DNA of 64,000 nucleotides from an uncultured Gammaproteobacteria bacterium. Lineage in GTDB: Bacteria > Patescibacteriota > Microgenomatia > Levybacterales > UBA12049. Position numbers and translations under genes: made by a program. The stretch spans positions 81,806 to 145,805 of the forward strand of contig CAZKJM010000001.1 in NCBI GenBank assembly GCA_964553245.1, read 5' to 3'. How positions within the stretch are numbered: position 1 is the first letter of the stretch; each line of letters begins with the position of its first letter. The notes under the pieces are model-generated. The model saw only the letters and a program-made list of their open reading frames with translations. It was not told the origin of the DNA and made no database searches. Of this stretch, positions 46,880 to 56,090 are shown one piece after another.

Positions 46880-47637
46880 TTTAGACTATCACTCCAAATC
46901 TTATTTAAACTCTCCACATCCGGATAGGTATCCATAGAATGCCAAAACCCATCATGCAAAAAGACTGACAATTGATTTTCCTTAACCAATCTCTTTAATC
47001 CCTCGTGCTCCATTTCTCCCGGTTTAATGTAATCAAAAAAATTGCGTTTAAAAATCATAAATCCACCATTCGTTCTATCTTGTAGCACGGGTTTCTCAAT
47101 AAAACTTTCTGCCTTAAAGTTTTTGTTAATTTTTAAAAGTCCATACTTACTTCTTGGATGTACCCCCGTAACTGTTCCTATTGTTTTTTGTTTTTTATGA
47201 AACGAGATCAATTCCTTTATATTTATGTCTGAAACACCATCTCCATAGGTAACCATAAAATCCGTATCCTCTTTTGGAATATAATTTTTAACTTTTAAAA
47301 TTCTTTCTCCTGGTAAAGTTTCTTCCCCCGTATCAACAAACGTAATCTTAAAATCATCTGCTTTAATACTGCCCTTTTTATGAATTTTTGTAAAACCTGA
47401 TTTTGTATGGAGGGTAAAATTATGTTGAAGCTCTCTCTGGTTTAAGAAATATCGTTTTATATAGTCACCTTTATAACCCAAGGCTATAATAAAATCATTA
47501 AAGCCATAATGGGCATAAATTTTCATTATGTGCCATAAAATTGGTTTTCCACCAATATTTACCATTGGTTTTGGCTTAAATTCGGTTTCTTCTTTTAACC
47601 TATAACCTAATCCACCACAAAGAATTACAGTTTTCAT
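46861..47637 (-). CDS. rfbF: glucose-1-phosphate cytidylyltransferase
   Basis: MKTVILCGGLGYRLKEETEFKPKPMVNIGGKPILWHIMKIYAHYGFNDFIIALGYKG is near-collinear with RfbF/DdhA. 258 aa. Confidence 0.88.
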   Translation of the reverse strand: MKTVILCGGLGYRLKEETEFKPKPMVNIGGKPILWHIMKIYAHYGFNDFIIALGYKGDYIKRYFLNQRELQHNFTLHTKSGFTKIHKKGSIKADDFKITFVDTGEETLPGERILKVKNYIPKEDTDFMVTYGDGVSDINIKELISFHKKQKTIGTVTGVHPRSKYGLLKINKNFKAESFIEKPVLQDRTNGGFMIFKRNFFDYIKPGEMEHEGLKRLVKENQLSVFLHDGFWHSMDTYPDVESLNKIWSDSLKWKVWK

Positions 47638-48668
47638 ATTTTTCCTTTTAATTTAAGCTTTATTAAATAAATAGCTGTAAACCTAGTATAATATATCAGA
47701 AACAACCAACAAGCAAGTGGATGAATAAACCAGGAAACGTCTTTAATTCTTAAAAATCCTTTTATGCTTCTATACAATGGCTCAACGATTGTTACGGTAA
47801 ATAAAATATATTTTACAAGATTCTTCTTGTCAACTGATGAACTTAAATCAAGCACAGAATATCTCCGTACCAACGCATATTCAGATAATGAAAATCTTTT
47901 TAGATAGAGCACTCTTCTTTTTACCAAATCGATCAGACTATTGCCTATTACGTGATTTATTTGAGTCGATTTAACAACGCCAAATCTTTTATATCCAATT
48001 TTAAGAAGATCTACATAAACGTCAATATGTAAGTAATTTTTGGGCGATGTTTTTGCTTTAAGTAAAATTTCTCTTTTTGTTAAAAAACCATTATCACCAA
48101 CTGTTGGAAGATTTTTAGTATTAAATTCTACAACATCATATTCTTTTCCTATTTTTATTATTTTTCCTTTTTTATATTGTTTATTTACCCACCATTCTCT
48201 ATCTGCTTTTCCTAAATAAAATACCAAAGGATCACTTACGCCAAAAAGAGCACAATACCTATCAATTACACTCATTTTTTTGTTATAGCCATAATGATGA
48301 GTATATGTAGCGATTATTTGATTATCTTCCATAAAAGGCTTAATCAAGTTAAAAAGAGTATTCTTGCTCGGTAAAATATTATCGGATTCTAAACAAAAAA
48401 CTATTTGATTTTTCGCTTTTTTTAAAGCATATGATCTCCTTGCTTCGCTTTGATCTCTAAGATTTTTCATTACTAAGACTTTACATTTATATTTTTTCAT
48501 TAATTCTAGAGCCTGCTTAGAAGATCCTCCGTCAACAACAATATGTTCAATTTTATTCTTGGGATAATCTTGTTTTTTTATTGATCTTAGAACATTTTCA
48601 AAAATAGAAAGATTAGGATTATAAGTAATAGTTAAAATGGAAATTGAAGGGTATTTTATTTTTTTCAT
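47634..48668 (-). CDS. glycosyltransferase family 2 (GT-A)
   Basis: SILTITYNPNLSIFENVLRSIKKQDYPKNKIEHIVVDGGSS. 344 aa. Confidence 0.7.
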   Translation of the reverse strand: MKKIKYPSISILTITYNPNLSIFENVLRSIKKQDYPKNKIEHIVVDGGSSKQALELMKKYKCKVLVMKNLRDQSEARRSYALKKAKNQIVFCLESDNILPSKNTLFNLIKPFMEDNQIIATYTHHYGYNKKMSVIDRYCALFGVSDPLVFYLGKADREWWVNKQYKKGKIIKIGKEYDVVEFNTKNLPTVGDNGFLTKREILLKAKTSPKNYLHIDVYVDLLKIGYKRFGVVKSTQINHVIGNSLIDLVKRRVLYLKRFSLSEYALVRRYSVLDLSSSVDKKNLVKYILFTVTIVEPLYRSIKGFLRIKDVSWFIHPLACWLFLIYYTRFTAIYLIKLKLKGKI

Positions 48669-48699
48669 TTTTTTATTTTAACATATTTATTGTTATATC

Positions 48700-49950
48700 T
48701 TGATAAACAGAAAACTAAAACCTATAATAAGATGTATGACAAAAATTAAGAAACCGCTCAGAATTACCTACGGACTTTCCGTATATGACAACAAGGAAAT
48801 ATTAAGGGTAACTAATGTTTTAAAAGAACACCGCTCCAACATGGGAATAGAAACAAAGCAATTTGAAAAAAGTGTGGCAAAATATTTTGGTAAAAGATAC
48901 GGAATTATGGTTAATTCAGGATCATCCGCAAACCTCTTAGCGCTAGAGCTTTTAAACTTGCCTGAAGGATCCGAGGTAATTACTCCTTTATTAACTTTTT
49001 CAACAACAGTAGCTCCAATCATTCAAAAAAAACTTACTCCTGTTTTTATAGACGTTGAAGAAGGAAAATATATTATCGATGTTAACAAAATCGAAAAAGC
49101 AATTACAAAAAAAACAAAATTGTTAATGATTCCCAATCTTTTCGGAAATATTCCAAATTTAGAAAAATTGGAAAAAATAGCTAAGAAACATAATTTATAT
49201 TATATTGAAGATTCTTGCGATACCTTAGGTGCAAGATTTAACAAAAAACCCAGCGGAAGTTATTCCGATATTTCAACTACAAGTTTTTTTGGCTCGCATA
49301 TTATAACAGCCGGTGGAAATGGCGGAATGATAATGGTAAACAAAGAAGAATGGAGGGATAAATTAAAGGTTCTAAGAGGATGGGGAAGAAGTTCTTCTTT
49401 ATTTAGTGAATCAGAAGACATTAAAGAAAGATTTAAGAAGAAGATAGACGGGATACCATACGATGCAAAATTTATTTTTGAAGAGATTGGATACAATTTT
49501 TTACCAGTAGAAATGTGTTCTGCTTTTGGCAATGAGCAAATTAAAAAACTTCCAATATTCAGAAAAACAAGAGAAAAAAATTTTAAAGTATTAAGAAAAT
49601 TTTTCGAAAAATATGAAAAGTATTTTATACTTCCAATTCAGGAAAAAAATGTTCAAACCCAATGGCTTGCTTTCCCACTTACTATAAAAGGGAATGCGCC
49701 ATTTACAAGACTTGAAATAACAACATTTTTAGAAAAAAACAATGTGCAAACAAGACCTATTTTTACAGGAAACATTCTAAAACAACCAGGATTTAAAAAC
49801 ATTAACAGAAAAGTATTGGATAAAAAATATTCTGTTGTTGATGAAATTATGGAAAGAGGATTTGTTGTTGGTTGTCATCATGGACTAGAAAGTAGACATA
49901 TAAAAACATTAACCTCATTGTTTGAAACTTTTTTAAACAAATTCAACTAA
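48700..49950 (+). CDS. PMP-dependent nucleotide-sugar 3-dehydrase of the DegT/DnrJ/EryC1 fold (E1/RfbH/DdhC- or ColD-like)
   Basis: GIMVNSGSSANLLALELL fold-type-I motif. At the position of the Schiff-base lysine the sequence reads SFFGSHIITAGGNGGMI, where His replaces Lys. This is the hallmark of E1 and ColD 3-dehydrases, not of aminotransferases. 416 aa. Confidence 0.65.
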   Translation: MINRKLKPIIRCMTKIKKPLRITYGLSVYDNKEILRVTNVLKEHRSNMGIETKQFEKSVAKYFGKRYGIMVNSGSSANLLALELLNLPEGSEVITPLLTFSTTVAPIIQKKLTPVFIDVEEGKYIIDVNKIEKAITKKTKLLMIPNLFGNIPNLEKLEKIAKKHNLYYIEDSCDTLGARFNKKPSGSYSDISTTSFFGSHIITAGGNGGMIMVNKEEWRDKLKVLRGWGRSSSLFSESEDIKERFKKKIDGIPYDAKFIFEEIGYNFLPVEMCSAFGNEQIKKLPIFRKTREKNFKVLRKFFEKYEKYFILPIQEKNVQTQWLAFPLTIKGNAPFTRLEITTFLEKNNVQTRPIFTGNILKQPGFKNINRKVLDKKYSVVDEIMERGFVVGCHHGLESRHIKTLTSLFETFLNKFN

Positions 49951-49957
49951 ACTTTAC

Positions 49958-51289
49958 CTATTGCTCATTATAATTTAAAATCGTCCAATTGGTTAAAAAC
50001 AAAATTAAAATAAGCATCGAAAAAGCAATTATATTAGATGTTTTTTTTGCTCTTGGAAAAAAAATAGGCAGCAAAGTTAGGCTCGTTGTAAAAATAAATA
50101 TCCTTAAGATTGAATATGAAAAACCAAACGATTGCGCAAATGATAATTGAAACATCGATAAACTAGTGACTATTAGATAAATAAAAGTTAATAAATAATC
50201 CTTTACAAAATAATCTTTTAAGAATAAAGCAATTGAAATAATTAAAAATGGATAAAATGGATATCTATACCAACCATGCCCAGGTTCATTTGGAATAGCA
50301 AAAACGAACATTAAAAAATATGCCAAGAACGGAAAAACTACAAAATAATTTTTTTTAAGATCTTTTGTAAATAAAATAAACATTGCTACCCACCCAAAAT
50401 ATATCCATCCGTCTATCAAAAATCTATCCACTAGATATGGAGATGTAAATAATGCAAACACACTATTAAAGGCCATGTCATATCTATTAAGTTGAAATTG
50501 CCAGAGGTTTATAAAAAGATCCCAATTATAATAAGCTCCATAAACTAAATATAATAACGAAATCGATATCACTATCATTAAAAATTTATATATATCTTTA
50601 TATTTCTTTAAAAAAAGAAGTATAAAAAAAGCAGCAAAGGAAGCAGCAACCCATGGAACTTTTGCCAAAATCAGTAATCCGCAAATTACCGCAGCGATGT
50701 TTCTAAAAATAGTTTTTTTAGTTTTTACAAATTTAGATATTAAAAATAACGACAAAAGAAAAAATGGAATAAAAAAATTTTCGTTTTGAACAATCCTTGA
50801 ACCAACCGCAATTGTTGGGACAATTGAATAAATAAAAGCTGAGAGTAATCCAATTTTGTATCCATAAATTTCCGAAGCAAAAAGATAGATTATAAATATC
50901 GAGAGAATACCTAAAATTAATGAAAGTCCCCTGACATGATTCACTGTCAAGTCGCTCATGTTATGTACTCCATTAAAAATTGCATATGATCCAGCAACTA
51001 ACCCAAACAATGGCGGGTGTTCAAGATATGGCGTTACTAACCTAAAGTGAACCTTGTTATAAAAAACATCCTTTGCATTTTTATATTGAGGATGAGGTGA
51101 CCATGATATTGGCGCTCCAGATTGAATAAGATTCATTCCCTGCCATGTCCATGCATATTCATCAAAAGTTGCACCGGTTCTCGGCCAAGTATATAGATCA
51201 TGACTTCTAAGTAGGTACCCAAGAACAATTACTAGGATTAGTAATAAATATTTAAACTTATATAAGTTTTTAACGTTTATAAAGTTCAT
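49958..51289 (-). CDS. PMT/ArnT-like GT-C glycosyltransferase (GT39/GT83-type)
   Basis: After TM1 the loop carries TFDEYAWTWQGMNL...YLEHPPLFGLVAG, i.e. the DE motif and the HPPLG motif diagnostic of Dol-P/Und-P-sugar-dependent PMT/ArnT enzymes. 443 aa with about 11 TM helices. Confidence 0.7.
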   Translation of the reverse strand: MNFINVKNLYKFKYLLLILVIVLGYLLRSHDLYTWPRTGATFDEYAWTWQGMNLIQSGAPISWSPHPQYKNAKDVFYNKVHFRLVTPYLEHPPLFGLVAGSYAIFNGVHNMSDLTVNHVRGLSLILGILSIFIIYLFASEIYGYKIGLLSAFIYSIVPTIAVGSRIVQNENFFIPFFLLSLFLISKFVKTKKTIFRNIAAVICGLLILAKVPWVAASFAAFFILLFLKKYKDIYKFLMIVISISLLYLVYGAYYNWDLFINLWQFQLNRYDMAFNSVFALFTSPYLVDRFLIDGWIYFGWVAMFILFTKDLKKNYFVVFPFLAYFLMFVFAIPNEPGHGWYRYPFYPFLIISIALFLKDYFVKDYLLTFIYLIVTSLSMFQLSFAQSFGFSYSILRIFIFTTSLTLLPIFFPRAKKTSNIIAFSMLILILFLTNWTILNYNEQ

Positions 51290-52398
51290 AAAGTTTTAGT
51301 TTTGTAAATTCGCGAAAGCAAAGTAAAGCTTTGATTTGTAACGTTTTCCCATTTTAAACTTTTTGACCAACTCAAAGATTCTTTTTGAAAATTTAGGTAT
51401 CTCGTTTTACTCTTTAAAAGCTTTATGGCTTCATTTGCCATTTCTCTTGGTGTATTATTTTTTAATACAATTCCTGTTTTTCCATTAATAACAGAATCCC
51501 TAAGTCCACTTACATCATAAACAATAGAAGGAGTAGATTGACTAGCAGCTTCAATCACTACCAATCCCCATCCTTCTTTAACCGATGCGTGTAGCAATAA
51601 ATGTGACTTTCTCATAAGCTCTAATTTTTTTTCTTCGGAAACTTGTCCCCAAAATTTAACTTTTGCAGGGATAGAATATCTATTCATCGTTATCTTTAAG
51701 TATTTAATATAATTTTTATCGCCATCGCCAACTATCCAAAGCTGAGCGTTTTTTACTTCTTTTATAATATAAAAAAAGGCTTTTATAACTTCTTCTATGC
51801 CTTTCATTTTTACAACTCTTGAAACAAATATGAATGTTGGCACTTTCTCTTTTGTCGACAAATTCTCTAATGTCTTATTTCTAACAGGACACGGAATTGC
51901 TGTGCATTTTTTTTCTTTTATTCCATGCTTTACTAACTCGTCTATTGTGGATTCTGCGTCTGTCCAAAAAAAATCATTTTTATATATTTTAAAGTATAAA
52001 CGTTCTAATAATTTTCCGAGCAAGTTAATTGGAAATGAATACATTGAATCCCAAATTTTACCAGCTATTTCATGAATAAACGCAACCCTTGGCTTTTTTG
52101 AATAAAGTGGAGTAAAAAAAGGCAACCCATGAATTTCGTCAATAATAAAATCAATTTTTTTTCTATTTAACAAATAAAAAAAAGGGGCTATTAAATAAAC
52201 AGAAAATGAATTACCTTTTCTTATAAATTTAATTCCATCAACGATTTCTGTTTTTTTAGATCCTTTAAATCTGGAACAAAACCATATGATATTATTCCCT
52301 TTTTTTATCCAAGATTTGGCATGCTCATTAGTAACGTATTCCGCCCCACCGCTTTTGGGATTTTTTGGATCTCTCCAATTTAAAATCAAAATATTCAT
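51286..52398 (-). CDS. glycosyltransferase family 4 (GT-B)
   Basis: EGWGLVVIEAASQSTPSIVYD. 370 aa. Confidence 0.75.
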   Translation of the reverse strand: MNILILNWRDPKNPKSGGAEYVTNEHAKSWIKKGNNIIWFCSRFKGSKKTEIVDGIKFIRKGNSFSVYLIAPFFYLLNRKKIDFIIDEIHGLPFFTPLYSKKPRVAFIHEIAGKIWDSMYSFPINLLGKLLERLYFKIYKNDFFWTDAESTIDELVKHGIKEKKCTAIPCPVRNKTLENLSTKEKVPTFIFVSRVVKMKGIEEVIKAFFYIIKEVKNAQLWIVGDGDKNYIKYLKITMNRYSIPAKVKFWGQVSEEKKLELMRKSHLLLHASVKEGWGLVVIEAASQSTPSIVYDVSGLRDSVINGKTGIVLKNNTPREMANEAIKLLKSKTRYLNFQKESLSWSKSLKWENVTNQSFTLLSRIYKTKTL

Positions 52399-53135
52399 TT
52401 CTTGTCGTAATAATGTAAAAATCGTAATCTATAAAAAACAGCAGCCGTATCCCAAAGCATCCAAAAAATTATTCTCCAAAAGTTTGAAGATGTAATACTA
52501 CTTGCTTTATTAAAATTAAGCTTTACTGGTGCTTCGTATATTTTTTTATATCCAAGTTTATTTGCAACAGTTAAGACTTCTATATCAAACGCAAAACGCT
52601 TAATAATGATTTTTGAAAAGATTTCCTTTGCTGCCTTTTTTTTAAATATTTTTAAACCTACTTGTGTATCCCTAACTTTAAACCCGAATAAGATATGAGT
52701 AAGTGTTCTGTACCCCCATGAGAGAACCTTTCTCCAAAAAGGATAATTAACCTTTGATTCAGGATGAAGCTTACTTCCAATAACGATATCTGCCTTGTTC
52801 CATTCCATAATATCAAGCATTATAGAAATCTCCGTCGGGTCTAAATCCATTCCTGCATCTATAAATCCTACAATTTCTTTACTTGCTTTTTTAATTCCAT
52901 ATTTAATCGCAAAACCTTTTCCCATGTTTTTTTGGTATCCTAGTACTTTTAAATTATCCAATTTTACCGTTCTTGCCTTTTCATAAGTATTGTCATTAAA
53001 TCCATCAACAACAAGAATAATTTCATAATTTGGGGTTAATTTTAATAATGCGCTATTTAATATTTTTATTTGTTTTACGATTGTTTTTTCTTCTTTATAG
53101 GCAGGAACTATTAAGGAGATTGATTTTTGAATCAT
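52395..53135 (-). CDS. glycosyltransferase family 2, DPM1/GtrB-like polyprenyl-phosphate sugar synthase-like
   Basis: ISLIVPAYKEEKTIVKQI...YEIILVVDGFNDNT...IDAGMDLD. 246 aa. Confidence 0.65.
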   Translation of the reverse strand: MIQKSISLIVPAYKEEKTIVKQIKILNSALLKLTPNYEIILVVDGFNDNTYEKARTVKLDNLKVLGYQKNMGKGFAIKYGIKKASKEIVGFIDAGMDLDPTEISIMLDIMEWNKADIVIGSKLHPESKVNYPFWRKVLSWGYRTLTHILFGFKVRDTQVGLKIFKKKAAKEIFSKIIIKRFAFDIEVLTVANKLGYKKIYEAPVKLNFNKASSITSSNFWRIIFWMLWDTAAVFYRLRFLHYYDKK

Positions 53136-53689
53136 AACTCATTTTTTAATGATAGGGCTTTTCTAACTAAATCCCATGAAAATGGAGTACCATCTTCTAT
53201 TCTTACATCAGCTTTTTCAAACGGCATTCTTCCTTCTTCCTCCGGGTTATATAAAGCTGTTGGAAAATTAATTAAAATAGCAGGCTCTTTTGAACTTACA
53301 AAAAATGCATGAAAAGTATTTTTGGGAATTAATAATAAATATGGATCCTCTAATGCATTAACTCTAAATAGATTAATGACATCTTTTGTTTCTGAATTTT
53401 CTCTTTTATCTGCTATTGCAATAATTACCTCACCTTGAATTACTCCCATTCTATCCTCTTGAACTGTTGGGTGAAAATGCCACACATCCTCATCTCTTGC
53501 AAGTCCTGGAGGAGTAATCGAATAATACTGCATTGAAAATTCCCTACCGGAACCATAAATATCTTCCCAATTAGTTTTTAATGTCTCAACTAACACGCCA
53601 GATTCATCTTTATTAACCTTAAGTGGATGCATTACCACGTCTTTTATTATTTTAAAATCATTTTTGTTTTTTAAATTAATAAATTCCAT
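53132..53689 (-). CDS. RmlC-like cupin: nucleotide-4-keto-6-deoxy-sugar 3,5-(or 5-)epimerase or ketoisomerase
   Basis: 185 aa. ...DESGVLVETL...WHFHPTVQEDRMGVIQGEVIIAIADKR...LLLIPKNTFHAFF matches the RmlC/AscE-like fold pattern. Confidence 0.5.
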   Translation of the reverse strand: MEFINLKNKNDFKIIKDVVMHPLKVNKDESGVLVETLKTNWEDIYGSGREFSMQYYSITPPGLARDEDVWHFHPTVQEDRMGVIQGEVIIAIADKRENSETKDVINLFRVNALEDPYLLLIPKNTFHAFFVSSKEPAILINFPTALYNPEEEGRMPFEKADVRIEDGTPFSWDLVRKALSLKNEL

Positions 53690-53725
53690 AATTAAGATAA
53701 TATCAAATTTGAATGATTATTGCTA

Positions 53726-55045
53726 TTAAATAGTTTGATTACTAGAAACGGAAAGTGATTTTTTAATAGCACTAATATCAAAATAGTTTTTTGCAAAATA
53801 AATTAATAAATATAATAAAAGCAGAGAAGAACTCATTAAAGATACGCCAATTACTTGAAAAAAACTATTATGAAATAAACAAATTCCTAATACTTGAATT
53901 AATGTCGTAATAAAAACCGGAATAAAAACCATCGTTTTACCAACAGATAAAAAGAAATTTACAAACACATTCAGGATACTAAAAACTGTTACAAATACAG
54001 CAAATATTCCTATATACGGAGCTATAGCAATATAGCTCTTTCCAAGTATAAGATTTACACTAAATTCTGAAAATATAAAATAGAATGATGTAATCGCAAC
54101 AGATGGTAATACTACTAAAAAAATTGCAAGGTAAAATAAATTCGTAATGCTTTGCCCCTTTGAGTTTCTTTTTACGATCAACGGAAACATTACATTGGGA
54201 ATCATTCCCGTAAAATAATAAATTATTCTTCCAATTAAAGATAATCCTCCATAATAACCTGCTTCTACGGGCTTAAAAAAGTGCTTTACCAAGATTACAT
54301 CCATAGATATTAAAGAGGTTAATGATAAAACAGAAATACAAGCTGGTAAGGCATAAATTATTATCTCTTTTAATTTTAGGTCTATCTTTTTGCTTCCATT
54401 TTTTCGAAAGGCAATTTTTTTAACAGGAATAAATCCCATTATAAACGACGTAACTAAAGCAAGTACAACAGCTATTAATGCTCCAAAGATTCTGTAGCCT
54501 ATTAAGACTAATATAATTCCTGAAATAAGTCTTACGAAAGCACTTATTGTAAGAACTAAGGAAGAAAAAGAAAATTTTAGCAAACTCTGAATATATGCTC
54601 CATTTACTATGGAAAGATAATTTATACAAATTGCAACTCCTATAATCGCTGTATATAATGGGTTTTCTATCCTTAAAAAACTGCTAATCGATAATGACAA
54701 TGTAAGAAATGTTACAAATATTAAAATTGATACGATAAAAAAAACTTTAAATGTTTTCTTATAGAACTCGGATGCAAAATCAAATTTTTCCCTAGAAAGG
54801 TAATCCGTTGCAAATTTAACTATTACCGTTGATATTGATTGCGCAGGAATAATGGTTAAAGTAAATAGAGATATCAAGCTTGCATATATTCCGTAATCAG
54901 ACGCTGTAAGATTTCTTGCAAAAAATAAGTTTAAGATAAAAGCAATAAATGACGAAAGTAATGACCCAATAAAAATGAATAGGCTTCCTGTAATTAATTC
55001 ATGTCTTAATATTTTTTTACCTAAATGTAATGCTTTATCTTTCAT
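53726..55045 (-). CDS. Wzx-type oligosaccharide flippase (MOP superfamily, polysaccharide biosynthesis protein)
   Basis: 439 aa with 12-14 TM helices. The N-terminus ...FIAFILNLFFARNLTASDYGIYASLISLF...IVKFATDYLSRE is typical of RfbX/Wzx. Confidence 0.7.
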   Translation of the reverse strand: MKDKALHLGKKILRHELITGSLFIFIGSLLSSFIAFILNLFFARNLTASDYGIYASLISLFTLTIIPAQSISTVIVKFATDYLSREKFDFASEFYKKTFKVFFIVSILIFVTFLTLSLSISSFLRIENPLYTAIIGVAICINYLSIVNGAYIQSLLKFSFSSLVLTISAFVRLISGIILVLIGYRIFGALIAVVLALVTSFIMGFIPVKKIAFRKNGSKKIDLKLKEIIIYALPACISVLSLTSLISMDVILVKHFFKPVEAGYYGGLSLIGRIIYYFTGMIPNVMFPLIVKRNSKGQSITNLFYLAIFLVVLPSVAITSFYFIFSEFSVNLILGKSYIAIAPYIGIFAVFVTVFSILNVFVNFFLSVGKTMVFIPVFITTLIQVLGICLFHNSFFQVIGVSLMSSSLLLLYLLIYFAKNYFDISAIKKSLSVSSNQTI

Positions 55046-56090
55046 AAACTACTTTTTTGTAAACATCTATTGTCTTGTCTGCTGTGTCTTTCCAGGAAAA
55101 ATTTTTAGAATTCTCTTTTCCTTTTCTGGAAAGCTCTTCTTGAATTTTTATATCATTAAATACTTTAATAATACCTTCTGCAATTTCGTCTTCGTCATAT
55201 GCATTTACATAATACGCAGCATTATTTGAGACTTCATCTAAAGATCCCTCTTTAGAACAAATTACAGGAAGACCAGATGCCATTGCCTCCAAGACCGGTA
55301 GACCAAAGCCTTCATAAAGAGATGGCATTGTAAAAACAGTTGCAATCTTATAAAGCTGAGTCAATTCCTCAGATGAAACAAATCCAAGACTTATTATATT
55401 TTTGTTTTCGCTTGCTAATTTCTGAACCGCAACTAAATCCTTATTCCAAGGATTTTTTTTATCATAATTTTTTGATGTTAAAGCTTGTCCAATCATAACC
55501 AATGGAACATTTGCTTTCTTAACTGCACTTAGAAGCCTAGGTAAATTTTTATTCCATGTAACATCTCCAACATATAAAACAAATTTTTCTGGTAATTTGT
55601 GTTTCTCTCTGATTTTTGTAATTAATTTTTCATTCCTTTTAGAATTAACAAACTCTTCTGCTGCTGCTAGATAGACCGTATTAACTTTTTTCTGATCAAT
55701 ATTTACATATTTTAGAATATCTTTTTTGGAAGAATTAGAATCGGTAATAATTGCATCTGTTTTTGCAAGAGATTGCTTTTGCATCTGCCACCTAAACCAT
55801 CCCTTAATTCCCTTAGGAAATTCCTTCGGAAAAACAATTGGAGTTAAATCATGAACTGTAACAATTGATTTAAATTTACTATATATGGGTTTTGCTAAAA
55901 AAAATGGCTCAAAATAAGGAAAATGTATCAAATCCACATCGTTGGGTATTTTTTCTCCTCGAGTAAAAAATGTATATGAAAATTCTGGATGATAATTTAA
56001 CAAAGACTTTTTTAAATTCTCTAAATAAAAACCTACTCCCCTTACCCTGTGTCCTGTATGAAGTGGGGATATATCTATTGCTATCTTCAT
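55035..56090 (-). CDS. glycosyltransferase family 4 (GT-B)
   Basis: EGFGLPVLEAMASGLPVICSK. 351 aa. Confidence 0.8.
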   Translation of the reverse strand: MKIAIDISPLHTGHRVRGVGFYLENLKKSLLNYHPEFSYTFFTRGEKIPNDVDLIHFPYFEPFFLAKPIYSKFKSIVTVHDLTPIVFPKEFPKGIKGWFRWQMQKQSLAKTDAIITDSNSSKKDILKYVNIDQKKVNTVYLAAAEEFVNSKRNEKLITKIREKHKLPEKFVLYVGDVTWNKNLPRLLSAVKKANVPLVMIGQALTSKNYDKKNPWNKDLVAVQKLASENKNIISLGFVSSEELTQLYKIATVFTMPSLYEGFGLPVLEAMASGLPVICSKEGSLDEVSNNAAYYVNAYDEDEIAEGIIKVFNDIKIQEELSRKGKENSKNFSWKDTADKTIDVYKKVVYER

